Assembly (NCBI GenBank): GCA_021613535.1
Contig: CP075492.1
Coordinates: forward strand, 19,778,001-19,842,000
Length of the DNA: 64,000 nucleotides
From: Adineta vaga
Taxonomy: Eukaryota; Animalia; Rotifera
Reading direction: 5' to 3'
A program made the translations under genes and the position numbers. The notes beneath the pieces were generated by a model. The model was not told where the DNA came from. It worked only from the letters and a program-made list of their open reading frames with translations, and searched no databases. Position 1 is the first letter of the stretch. The number at the start of each line of letters is the position of its first letter. Below, in pieces: positions 25,560 through 37,489 of the stretch.

Positions 25560-26590
25560 TATTGTTTAACATAAGTATTTGATCAGTATGATTAATATTA
25601 ACAGCTGTTGAAGATGGAAGATAGAATGATTCATCATCGATTTGTACAGTCATTGGATAACAAAGTTCAATACGTAATTGATTACATTGAGCAATACGAC
25701 TACTACGAAATTCCACATGAATTGCAGCCGTATGTGCACAGTTGTTAACGCAACAACTTCAATTTTTTTATCATCAAAATCTTGTCGATCAAAATTATTC
25801 GATTTTATACATTGAAATATATCCTTCGATATAATTGATGGTAAATTTCCTCATGGATTTGTTCCAGCTGCATAACCTGGAATATTAAGAATAACTAATG
25901 TATGACAATATCGTATAGTATCAGTTAAATCCTCTCCATCACATATTAAACAAATATAAGAAGCAAGATTCCACATTGCAGCTTGAGCAAATTCATCTAA
26001 ATATTTGCAACTTTCATTTAAATACAGGAATTTATTTTTTAATGATGAAGAAAATTTCGATGGATTTTGTGTACGTTGATCATGAAAATTAAGAGTAATA
26101 GCGACATCTAAACCAAAACTCGTGTAATTCATAAAATGTGTATTTGGTAATGAAGAATATTTTTCATATGAATTATGATGGGTATCAAGAACAAATTTTG
26201 GTGTTCGTATAAGAGGAAATCCATTTTCTTCGAAAGAATTTTATATTGATATATAATCGAGTTCTTTACGATCAAGTATAACGATTTCAGCACAAGGAAT
26301 TTGAAAAAGTTGTTTGGAATTATATTCTTCATCTCAATTTAAAACACGTGAAAGATCATTATCTGTTCCTAATGGACAAATATCTACTGGTAGATTCTCT
26401 TTCTCTCAGGATAAATTTGAGCCAAACGACGAAGAATCCATCACCATCAAAAACACAAGTACGAATATTTGTTAACGAAGCAATACTTGATGTGGATTAA
26501 GCTTTCCTAATAATTCTCGATAGACTTTTTCACCAACTTATCCACCAGAACGTTTATTACTAACAAAAAACCGGTGTAGAATTATTTGTT
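25560..26590 (-). pseudogene. Diacylglycerol kinase relic
   Basis: NKRSGG, GDG, PLGTDNDLSRV (catalytic domain). NYTSFGLDVAITLNFHDQR, ILNIPGYAAGTNP*, QDFDDKKIEVV, RIAQC, VQID (accessory domain). Many stops and frameshifts. Confidence 0.8.
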
Positions 26591-27539
26591 ATCAAAGATG
26601 AATTCCATTGAGTACGAAAACCAGTTGAAGATTCATTGGAACAACTAATTCATTATGCTAGAACAATAACATCTCTATCAAAACAAAAAAAACTTGCCGA
26701 AATATTCCATAATCATATCGAATCTTATCACCTTTATTCATAATATGTTATCAAAATAACTGATGAAAATTTTGTCAGCACCATAAACAAAAAACTACCA
26801 CCAGAGAATTTTGACATTTGTTGAATAAAATTTCTTAGTTTCAAACTCGCTATCGATGTCTGTCGGCAATATCTACATAATACCATAATAATGTGGATCA
26901 TATTCTGATAAATTCATTGTTTTATCAACAAAAAATAAACGACAGAATAAAAGGAAATTATTTACATACTTTTATAAATCATCTGAACGATTTGAATGAA
27001 TAACTAGAGCACATGATAAATCAAATGATGACATGTAGGATGAGTATGATTACTCCATTCAATTCCATATGAAAACGAATCGTTCGTATCAAATTCTGAC
27101 GATAAATTCGATTGTTATTCTGTTAATTTCATATTATCATTCAAATTCAATTGAATTAAATCATGTTCAGCTACTGAAAGTTGAGGATTTTATATGTCGA
27201 TCCATTACTACCAATTCCAAAAGTTTTTACTTAACACAACGCTTTATTTATCAACATAGTAGATGAAATATACATCTTAGTAGCATTTAGAATAATTAAT
27301 ATCATCTCTATAGAAAGAGATGGATAAAAAAATTTAATTTATTTTGTTTACTTTTCTTTCTAACATGAAACTTGTTTTAATCTCTTTGATATTTTCAGAG
27401 TATATGGATAAAAAATAATTAGTATCCATACTCTAGAAATTTTGAAATGAGCAACAGGTGATTCTTGTTTATCTTCTTCAAAAATAATGAAAGAAATTTA
27501 AAGGACAGAAAAAATTTTTGAAAAAGTTCTTTGCTTTTC

Positions 27540-28690
27540 TTATTTTGTCTGTGAATTAATTGTCGGGTGGTTCTCAGCCGTATTTGTTCCAGATTCGCGA
27601 AGTAATTGTTCACAACGATATTGTTGATTTTGAATTTCAACTTGTGCCTTTTCACCTTGTATAACTGATTTACGAAAGCGTTCTAAAAGTTCATGAATTT
27701 CCATTACATTTGAGTCTTGTACATCTAATAATTGATTGATAATCTGTTGTTGTTCTTCATTCTTTTCTTTAGCTGTATTTAACTGTTTTTAATTAGTTCA
27801 TCATGAGTATTCGAGATTTGATTCATCAGCATTTGAGCAATGGGAAATGGTTCAATACTTTCACATGTGAATAATTCGATCAGTCGATCACGATATGCAG
27901 ATATTGTAACATATTGATCTATAATATTTTCATTGCCTTTATTATAATCATCTCGATTAAGTGAACCAGAAAAGAAGATACCTAACTTAAAATATGATGA
28001 AATATTTTTGAAAAAAAGATCTTGTAAAAGTTCTTGTTTATAAGTTTCTAGTTGATCTTCCGTTTTCGATTCGCAATGTGTTATAATTAAACAAGAATTA
28101 TCTGCTAATTCACGACCAAGAAATTCGATTAATAATTCAAGTGATTTGATATCTTCTGCATTAATACCATTAGTAATAGCTATACAAAAACAAATTACAT
28201 GAAATTTTGTAATTTCCATATTGATACAAAATTGAATTGTTCGCATGATTGTCGCATTATCTCGAATATCGATTTCATGTGTACCACGTTCGAATAAACC
28301 AGGTGTATCGATGATATTAAGTACCATTTTATTATCATGAGCATGAAATGATTCAAATAGTGGCTCTCTGGTACCTGATTTAAGAGTTAATTCGTTCGGT
28401 ACTTTCGTTGGATCGGTTAGCAATGTTTTTATACAAGATTTTCCTGTTCGTGTTCTTCCAATGAACATTATATTTTTATGATTTGCTCTTGTCACTCGAT
28501 GTTTACCATGACAAAGATAGTCACCTTGAATTTGTGCTATGATTTTAGCACGTTTTGTTGCAGCATCTTCTGGTTTCGGTCGATCACGTAATGGTTTGGG
28601 CTAAAATGAAAACAATGAATGGAGATAAACATACATATTTTAACAGAAAGAAGTCTAGAAAAGACACCATTTAAATATTCCTACATCCAT
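27540..28690 (-). CDS. AIG1/GIMAP-like P-loop GTPase with coiled-coil tail (one frameshift)
   Basis: G1 IGRTRTGKS, G3 IIDTPGLF, G4-like IITHCE. Probable start MD|PKPLRDR with intron 28601-28684. A 1-nt frameshift in an A-run at ~27786 separates the tail, which ends at 27540. Confidence 0.75.
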
Positions 28691-28874
28691 TGTTCATCTA
28701 TCCTGAAATGTAGCAAAGTTCATCTTACTCACTACTTCAGTCAGCGTTTAGATTGTAAACAGATTTGTTTTCGCGTTATTGAAAATGTATTCTGTCATTA
28801 GTTAAAACATTCTTTTACATCTGAGTTGGTCAGTAAATAATAGAATATTTCTTCTGCTGTAAATTGTCGATGGG

Positions 28875-30025
28875 CTAGCATCCCACCGGTAGTTTGTTGA
28901 AAAAGAGGAAAAAAGAGGAATCGCGATTCAGAAAAAAAGAGGAGTTTTGAATGAAAAAGAGGAAATACGAAGTACTTCGTTTTCAAGCTACAAAACAGTT
29001 AGATAGATTTATAGTACAGTAAAATTTTGATTAGATACCTTTAATGTATCCAACTTAATTTAGTAAACATTCAAAAAAAGGTAAATTAAGATGGTTTTGA
29101 ATAGTTCATACATTTTCTCATGTTAACCCATTTTCATCCCCTTCTCGTAGAGATTTTTGTAGGGCAAAAAATAAAATCACTTCTGAAACAAAGTTCTGGT
29201 GTTCTCAATATGCTAAAAAAGAAGGAAATCGATGAAAAGTTTTCATTCCTTTTACTACAGTTTACTGAAGGAGACAAAGAGAAGATTTTGATCAATCTCC
29301 GCAGTATCCAGCAGAACTGGTGCATCTCAGTGAAAAAATTTTGCGAACACTTCTCGAACGTTTTATTTCATGAAAAAATATTTGTTCTATATTCGATCAT
29401 AATTGAGAGGATTTCGCATTGGTTCATGAATACTCAAGAGTGAGAAGATTACTATCAAAGAAGTCTTCTATTGATCATTGAATATTCTACAATATTTTGA
29501 TTTGTTAAACTTTTCTGAAAGTCTGGATACACAAGTATCTCAATAGTGAATGTAATATATTTAGTTTCCAGACCAGTAGCGATTATAATTTACAAATAAA
29601 TGTCATATTTGTAGACCCATTTTCAACCCTGTTTTTACTACATTTCTATTTCTATCATACTTATTTAATAACGATCAATTAAACTTTATCTTATGATCAG
29701 GCATTAAATGTTCTGGTTTGACCTAAAAGCACAAAAACTGATAAATTTTACATGATCTGCATATGCGACTAGAAGTGACCACAAGTATCAAATTTTTATA
29801 TTCTATATTGGTTGAATGAAAGAAAAGAAGAAAAAAATCAGCTAGTTTTGATGAAAAAAGGATAATATCTTGCTAAACTATGAAAAATGTTTAATATTTG
29901 TTTTGCTCAGTTCAGTGTCAGAAAAAAAGAGGAAAAAGAGGATAATTTTTCAAAAAGAGGCTGAAAAGAGGATTTTCGATCCAAAAGGAGGAAATAGAGG
30001 AAAAAGAGGCGGAGTGGGAAGCCAG
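28875..30025. mobile_element. Non-autonomous hAT-like element (1151 bp)
   Basis: Imperfect TIR CTAGCATCCCAC / GTGGGAAGCCAG. 8-bp TSD TCGATGGG at 28867-28874 and 30026-30033. AAAAGAGG subterminal repeats at both ends. Confidence 0.8.
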
Positions 30026-30204
30026 TCGATGGGTAAAAACCAAGAGTATAGTTGGTTTTTTCCGCTTATGTTAAAAGACAATTTTACACAAGAAAAGAAG
30101 AAAATCATAAAAACTACTTAGTTTATGTAAACAGAAAGAAATTGAAGAGAGGGAAAGAAAAAAGTGAATCATAACCATTTTAAGAGTTTCGTCTACTTCT
30201 CGAA

Positions 30205-30790
30205 GAATGGAATCGGTCGCAGCTGACATACAATTAACATTGATTCGAAATGACTAGAGATCATCGAAACTTATATATTACTCGCTGAAACTGATGAAAA
30301 CTATAAATTACAGGAAATCGATCTAACTTAGTCAGAATTTGTGAATATTTCTCAATAATTAATTCAAAATTAATTAGAAATCTTACAGAACCGAATGACT
30401 AGTATCAATTCTTAATCACTATAGCTAATCAAAAGTTAGAAGTATCTTCGAATAGAATAAAAACATATGTATTTTAACATCTAATACTACAGGTGAATAT
30501 TGATCTTCACTATTCATACACTTTTCTATGATATTAATGAAAGTTTTGTAAAAACTCTGATTAATTTTGAAGTAATTATCGAGAAATATTCACAGATTCT
30601 GCCTAAGTTAGATCGATTCCTGTAGTTTATAGCGATCCAGACTCGTTGAGTTATAGTTTTCATCAGTTTCAGCGAGTAACATACAAGAGTCTATGATCTC
30701 TAATCATTTGAAATCAATCGTAATTGTATGTCAGCTGCGACCAGTTCCAGTTCTAATTCTAATCCAAGAATTGAAACTGGTGCATCCCTA
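30205..30790. mobile_element. Fold-back MITE remnant
   Basis: ~150-bp inverted repeats (GGTCGCAGCTGACATACAATT..CTCGCTGAAACTGATGAAAACTATA vs ~30580-30745). Right end GCATCCCTA is hAT-like; left terminus is eroded. Confidence 0.6.
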
Positions 30791-30927
30791 TAGTCTACCA
30801 ATCTTTAGAATAAACAATTGTTATCTTACCAAATTGTGTAAAACACTTTTCACATGATGATATTTTGATCAAACAATGAAATCTATTTGTAATCATAGAT
30901 TTTAGCATATATATATATATATATATT

Positions 30928-31438
30928 AGATTTCCTTTTCTCTTTATTTTTTATCATTGAACAAAAATAAAAAATAAAACTCATACTCAACATATCGAAC
31001 TTTTCTTGTAACTATACGAAACATTTCAAATTCAATCAACTTTATTAAACTTTTGTATTCGATGATTATCCAAATCAACAACATATAAACTATTGTCTCG
31101 ATCAAATGATAAATTCAAAGGATAATAAAGTTGATTACTTCTTGGTCCATATCCATTTCTACCAACAACTATACTTCCTTCTTTCGCACCTAAACACCAT
31201 CGCATCACTCGATGATTTATTTGATCAGCCACATAAACAGTTCCCAACTGATCGACAACTACTCCCCAAGGATAGTACAATTGTGACAAACTATTTCCTT
31301 GACCTTGACCACCTGCAACAACAACACCTTCTTTTGCACCTTTCACCCATTTCATCACACGATGATTTTCTTGATCTACTACATAGAGCGAATCATCTTG
31401 ATCAATAAATATACCACAAGGGTTCTTCAGTTGATCTA
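30928..31438 (-). pseudogene. Recent partial duplicate of the NHL gene (last three repeats plus 3' UTR)
   Basis: Near-identical to ~23383-23888, including non-coding 3' sequence. The 5' part is replaced by transposase sequence at ~31440. Confidence 0.85.
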
Positions 31439-31441
31439 ACT

Positions 31442-33786
31442 GACACAGAAAAAATATTTGAAGCTGCAAAGGAAAGAAAAGATGAGTTAATTGTTGTCGA
31501 CGAATATTTACGTAGTAGTGGTGCTATTATTCATTATTCACCTTTCAATGGAGAGGCTGTTAGATTATATCCAACTCTTACTGTATTAATTAACAAAAAA
31601 TTATCCAAAGTTAAATCTACTAATCCACTTTATTCTCCATCGTTAATACGTATCTTCTATCGATGGTGGGCCTATTTACCTTTTTGGACTGGTTTATTAT
31701 TCAATTTTAAAGAACGTTATGCAAACGACGTTAAAAAAACTACATCTAGCACATTTAATCCTGTGCGACATTCCAATGCTCTAATAGAAAGTTATTTTCG
31801 AACACTGAAAAAGAGCATCTTTCAAAATCAAGTGTATAGTCGTCCTTATATAGCTATTAATGACTTACGTCGTTGTATTAATATTCAATTCAAAGCTAAT
31901 GAATATAATGTCACAGTAAGCTCAAAAGGAAGAAAACGAAAGAAAAGAGACGTTAGTATCGCAGAACAATGGGATAGAAAAGGAAAAGGTGGCAAACGTC
32001 GCACTGCTTATTTGGAGCATGTTGATAAATATGCAGCGAAACGTGTTCCAGTAAAAACAAAAGATGATGAACCGGTTAAAGTTATCAAGAAGATAAGGTA
32101 CATTACTTGTATTTCTAAATTTCGACCGTGTGAATGTGCTTTCTATTTTTAGCGAATCAGAAGATACATCAACAGCTTCGTCGTATAATCAATCATCGTC
32201 ATCTTCCACTAATGAGGGTGATAACAATGTTGCATCAAGGTAATGAGAAAATAATTGTCATTATCAAAAAAAACAATTATAAATTTTTAGTTCTTCTTCG
32301 TCGAGAAGTAACAAGTCTATACCATCATCATCATCGTCACTTAAAGCAAATTCATCTGTAAGTAATGATTTTCCCATTGATATTCCAATTGATTTAGACA
32401 TACCAATGGCCAATAAAAACCGACAAAATGATGTTTCATTTGAATATGAATGTGAAAATCATAGCAACTCTTCCATCGCAAGTACAACATATCCAGTTGC
32501 GAATCGTATGTATCGATACAAATGTTTTGCATCAAACAATATCTTTATGTCTATATAGCATCGAGTATAACAACTGATCATGATTTCTCGAAAACATCAT
32601 CTATTCAAGACACATTTCAACCGGAAGCTGATATATTCGGTATGAAATTAAGATGGCCTAAGTTTGAAATAAAGAATGTTCCATTCGAAGGTAATGATCA
32701 CAAGGGTTAATTGCCATACATATACAACATTTCTTTTCTTCAGGTCGCCGATACACACTTACACTCACATGTCCGATAGACACAGCACTGTTTGCCTTAT
32801 ATTTTATGTATCAAGTAGACATCAATATGCGCGACGAAATGGACAATGCACTTCCAAGCTCTCCATATTCAACTTTGCTTAGCACGTTTCGTATTGTGGA
32901 AAAAGAAGGATGGGACGCAGCTCGTATCAGTTGGTTATTGAAGTTTAATCCCTTGAAAACATCTGATAGAACAAAATCCCTATTTAGTTCAGTTGATGAA
33001 CTAGTTTTTTGTTTTCTGAAAAGTTCACAACGTTATTCCACTACTATTACATGTACTAATCCTGATTGCACAAAAAGAAAACGCGTTATTTCATCAACAG
33101 AGATCGGACCATTGTAAGTTTCTATTAGATAATATCCAAAATATTATTTTATTATCAATATCTATAGTCCTTGTGATGATCGTATCGAAAATTTTGAAGT
33201 TGAAACTACGGGTATATGTGGAGCGATGATCAAACGATATGATGAAATGACTGAATCAGAAGCAATTGAACGAAAATACAGAGATGGTCGAGTGCCGTTT
33301 GTTGATAGCGAAACAGACGAGAAAGAATATATGTGAGTTACTTTCTTTCATCTTCTTTTATCTATAACCTATCATTTTCATTTCATAGACGTGCATGGAT
33401 ATGTAATCATACAACGATTTCCTCTGTGTCTGAATTTGAAAATGAACAGCCACTTGTTCTTATTGCTAATCTTAAGCCTTTTTCGAAACGTAGTGATGAA
33501 GGCTACGAACCAAATCCAGTACGATTACGTGATATGAGAAAAAGTCTAAAAATCAATTCAACCAGGTAATTTCTTCCATTTTTCTCTTTCTTTTAAACGC
33601 TGATTATTTTCTTATAGGTATGAACTTCGTGCAACAATACACCATAAAGATGCGCATTTTACAGCTACTCTAATTGACCCATTGAATGCATTGTATATAT
33701 ATGACGATCAAAAAGGTGTCCGAGAAGTACGAAGTTCAACAGATATGGTGGAATATGGATTATATGTTCGAATTCCAAGCTTTTAA
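31442..33786 (+). mobile_element. 5'-truncated NOF/MULE-like transposase with Ser-rich linker and C-terminal USP-like cysteine peptidase (spliced)
   Basis: Open frame 31442-32097 with NPLYSP..WAYLPFWTGLL..HSNALIESYFRTLKK, resembling the NOF-type third-catalytic-residue region. Later short exons give TCPIDTALF (Cys box), CTNPDC, and YELRATIHHKDAHFTA..IYDD (His/Asp box). Stop at 33784-33786. Confidence 0.6.
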
Positions 33787-34093
33787 CTATTTTTGTATTT
33801 TCTTATTGATTTGTTTTTTTCCTTGTACCATTATAGATAATATGTTGAAATAAAACAAACTGATTAAAAATCTCCAATTGCTATATGAGAGTTTTTTGTC
33901 AAAAATATATGAAAAGAGAAGACAAACATTTTCTTAATTGAATTGATCTTTTGATGTTATTTTGTATACATGCATGTTACAAAATGCACTAATTTGTGTA
34001 ATTTAATTAGTCACTTTGATGATCGATGATGCATGAATATATATTTAGTTTGAAAATGAGCTATCTTATCATAAACAGATTTTTCTTTTCAAA

Positions 34094-34645
34094 ATGTTTT
34101 TCGTTATCATCATTATTTTAGCAATTGCTGGTACAGAATCAGCTCCAGTAACGTATACTTATTATCAGTTAATGCCATTTTACAGTGAATGTTTTAGGGT
34201 CATATGAGTTTACATGATTTAATAGATAAAGAGCTATCATCAACAACACCCAATCTTCAATCTGTTACCAGCAAGTATAAACATATAAATGAAATAAAAG
34301 ATACCATTCATCAGGCCACTGATTATATTCGAATACTTTTGCCACCGTTTCTTGTTTTTGTTCTGTTTTATGTTTCTATTTTAGAAAGTGTTTCTACAAT
34401 AACTGCCATTGCAAGGTAAAGAACAAATGTTGATATCATGTTTATGTCTTAATCACTTTGTTTTTTTCAGCGTTCATGGTTCCATCCAAAGTGGCCTCAC
34501 GAATATCAACGTCGTCATGATATTAAACGACGCAAGTATTTGCACACTATTTTTATTTATAATATCTTTTTCCTTGTTGACAGGTCGTGAAATAGTTCTT
34601 AATCAACTCGTAAATCAATCGAATCCAATTTATTCCATCGCTTAG
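34094..34645 (+). CDS. Small predicted type-I membrane protein (spliced, possibly frameshifted)
   Basis: Signal-like MFFVIIIILAIAGTESAP, intron 34148-34197, short ectodomain, hydrophobic ILLPPFLVFVL, intron 34416-34470. Confidence 0.35.
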
Positions 34646-35076
34646 ATCTTTAGTTTATCATTTTTCTTCTTATTTTTGCGTTCAATAATGAATAATAAAT
34701 TGTATATAATCTTGATAACAACATAGTTTTGTTTATAAATCAACAAAGTAATACTGATAAAATCATCAAAGACTAGCATTGAACATCCAGCGATAAAAGA
34801 AAATGAAAGTAACAAAAACGGCGTTAGAGGCAATGTAACAGATGACGAATAAATAGCGTAAAGGAACATAAATTGATTGGGTATCGATATCATCAGTCGA
34901 ACTTTCTTTTTTTCTTTTCGGCCAATCAATGTTGTTTTCTTTAACGTATAGAAAATATGAGTTATATATAATAGAGAAGAGACAAACAGCAAAAAATATT
35001 AAAATACCATTTGCGCATTGTCAATATCACCAAACAAGTTTTTTCTGCTATCGACGCTAAGTTAATATTGATTAAA

Positions 35077-36693
35077 ATGAATTGCATAGAAATATTGTTT
35101 GTTTTGTTTTACATTATTAATTTGATGAAGCTGGGCTCATTTGTATCTATTCAAGATTTATCGAACAATGATGTTATTATTGATATTGTAAAAGGTTATG
35201 AACTTCGTCGTATAGGTGTGTATTCACCCAATATGGCACATGAAATTGTTCACACATTTGTACCAATTGATAAGTTATGTGGTGCATCGCTCTCAACGGA
35301 TGTTTGTTTGTTTATTTCATCAGCAGTCAAAACAAGTGTAGTTCAACTCGCGACAATCAAGAGATCAAATCAAATTATGTACACATCGTCTTCTTATGAT
35401 CGTGAACATGTATCAAAATTGATCAATAAAGATATGAATGAAGTTCTTGTGCAACATCATCCAAATGAAATTTTGAAAAGTGCACAATCGACGATCCATT
35501 TTATTGATAAGCGGTTTTATTATGAAAAGAATGAAGAAAAACAATTAGTTACAGCTTCTGCTACTAATATTGCCGATATTAGTTCGTCCATTCCGCATTT
35601 ATATCCAACAACGTTAGAAATTCTTCAGAATCAAATATCAAATAACAAAATAAGTTTTGATTATTTATCTCAAACCGATTTAAAATTCTTCTTAGCAGCA
35701 ATATTTTCCAAGTTTGATCGTATATCTACAAGTGAAAATTCGGAAGAAGCATCGTTTATATTTCTTCAATCAGTTATTGCACAATCTATATTTGTTTTAC
35801 GTCAATGCTCATTAAGTGTTCAAAGTTCATTAGATTCTCGACTATGTGTAGCTATATCTACATTATTTCTACGAGTTCCACCTGACACTATCACCAACTT
35901 CTTAATTTATCGTTTAATTCCACTACCTATTGTTTCTAATGGTAATAAATATATTTATTCGAATCTTCCAAAAATCGTTGGAATCAATCCACTAGAACAA
36001 TCGTTAATTACATGGAATGATGAAAGTGATATCAAGCAGTGTATATTCTCACCTATCGTTCAATGTGAAAAAAAGACTATCTCCATGTTAATATCTAAAT
36101 CATTATGTCTATCTCAATTATTGGACGATAACCAATTAGTCACTGATATGTGCAAAATTAGCAGATCACAATATATCGATCAAGATGTACTTCATGTCGA
36201 CAACAATATTTGGTTATTTTTTAATATTCATCAAACTGAATATTGTCAGATTTATTCAACTTCAAAAGAAATTAGTGAACCATTGTTAATATCAGAAGCA
36301 GCACTCATAAATCTGTCATGTAACAAGACAATCACTTGCGCGAATGTCGAATTATCATCATCATCTTGTACACAACGTCATCCGACCATTGTCAAATCAA
36401 ATATGATATCAAGGTATCGACATCTATCAAATGTGGTCGTATCATTAAAGAACATGACCAACACACTAATAACATCTTATCAAAAGCAATCACAACAATC
36501 TATTGACGAATTATCAACAATTTTCGCTTCGAAGCAATTATTGACAGTTCACGATATAATATTATATATTATAGTTCTATTAGTAGCTATTATCTGCTCT
36601 ATACTTTTGTATATATGGAGATATTTTCTAAACAAAATACGCAGACCTGTACGTCGCTTGAACACTGTTTTAGACGACATCTTCACTGTATAA
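35077..36693 (+). CDS. Envelope-like glycoprotein (baculovirus F / errantivirus Env-like), intact and intronless
   Basis: 538 aa. N-terminal hydrophobic signal. FLIYRLIPLPIV..YIYSNLPKIVGIN followed by a Cys ladder (KQCIFSPIVQC, SLCLSQLL, DMCK, NIWLF, EYCQ, LSCNKTITC). N-glycosylation sequons, pre-TM helix, TM IILYIIVLLVAIICSILLYIW, basic tail. Confidence 0.65.
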   Translation: MNCIEILFVLFYIINLMKLGSFVSIQDLSNNDVIIDIVKGYELRRIGVYSPNMAHEIVHTFVPIDKLCGASLSTDVCLFISSAVKTSVVQLATIKRSNQIMYTSSSYDREHVSKLINKDMNEVLVQHHPNEILKSAQSTIHFIDKRFYYEKNEEKQLVTASATNIADISSSIPHLYPTTLEILQNQISNNKISFDYLSQTDLKFFLAAIFSKFDRISTSENSEEASFIFLQSVIAQSIFVLRQCSLSVQSSLDSRLCVAISTLFLRVPPDTITNFLIYRLIPLPIVSNGNKYIYSNLPKIVGINPLEQSLITWNDESDIKQCIFSPIVQCEKKTISMLISKSLCLSQLLDDNQLVTDMCKISRSQYIDQDVLHVDNNIWLFFNIHQTEYCQIYSTSKEISEPLLISEAALINLSCNKTITCANVELSSSSCTQRHPTIVKSNMISRYRHLSNVVVSLKNMTNTLITSYQKQSQQSIDELSTIFASKQLLTVHDIILYIIVLLVAIICSILLYIWRYFLNKIRRPVRRLNTVLDDIFTV

Positions 36694-36879
36694 TTGTATA
36701 TATCTAGTTTTTCTGTACTTGCTTTTTTTTCTAATAAATGTTAATATTCAATATTCATGTTTTGTTATATAATACTATCAATAAATATGAATGTTTTTCC
36801 AAAAATCAGCTCATATAGTTTATTTTCTTACGATTACTGTCTTAAACCTATTCACAAAAGCCTTTTTTCGTTATAGTTT

Positions 36880-37489
36880 ACTTGAACATAGCACCCATGG
36901 TACTCAATCGATAGATCTCATCGAGTTCTATCTTGGTCTAACACTGTTCTATCCTTGTCTAACCTCTAAGTCAATTTGTTTGGATATAGTAAGCTCATTA
37001 GTAAGGAGTTACTATTTAGTAGTTTTTACCACTATAATAGATCCGAATATAGCATCCAATGTAGTCAATCGATAGAGCTGGTTAAGCTCTATCGATCCTG
37101 AAAGTTTCATCATTTGGTCCCATCTACGAGCGAATCCATTCAGGTTTTAGTACGATTTACTAGTAAAATTTGGTGTATTTAGCGAGTTTTACTAGTAAGA
37201 CGTATCCGAATCGGGTTTAAAAGGTGTTCATTCGATAGAGCTCGTCGAGATCTATCGACCCTGAAAGTTTCACTGCTTGGTCCCGTCAATAAGCGAATCC
37301 ATTCAGGTGTTCCTGAAATTTCTGTATTTTTTACCGGTTTTTTACTAGTTTTTTGGGCTTTTTTACTAGAAGGAAAGGTCTTTTGGGAAAAGTAAATACA
37401 CCATTCGATAGAGCTCGTCGAGTTGCATCTTGGTCCGATGTTGGTCCCGTTTGGTCCCGTCATCAGGCGAATCCATTCAAGAAAAACTC
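36880..37489. repeat. Modular subterminal repeats and right terminus of a DNA transposon
   Basis: Four ~160-175-bp units built on TCGATAGAGCTCGTCGAG; units 2-4 continue ..TTGGTCCC..GCGAATCCATTCA. Ends ...CAAGAAAAACTC (GAG start on the reverse strand), directly abutting Mx coding sequence. Confidence 0.7.

Noticed and set aside
27780-27795. Programmed frameshift in the AIG1 gene (and in the Gig2 region)
   Set aside because: The shifts fall in short homopolymers with no stimulatory structure seen; decay or sequencing error is more likely.
34642-34992. Hydrophobic 116-aa minus-strand ORF between the small membrane gene and env
   Set aside because: Non-ATG start and low-complexity AT-rich composition; cannot be supported as a gene.
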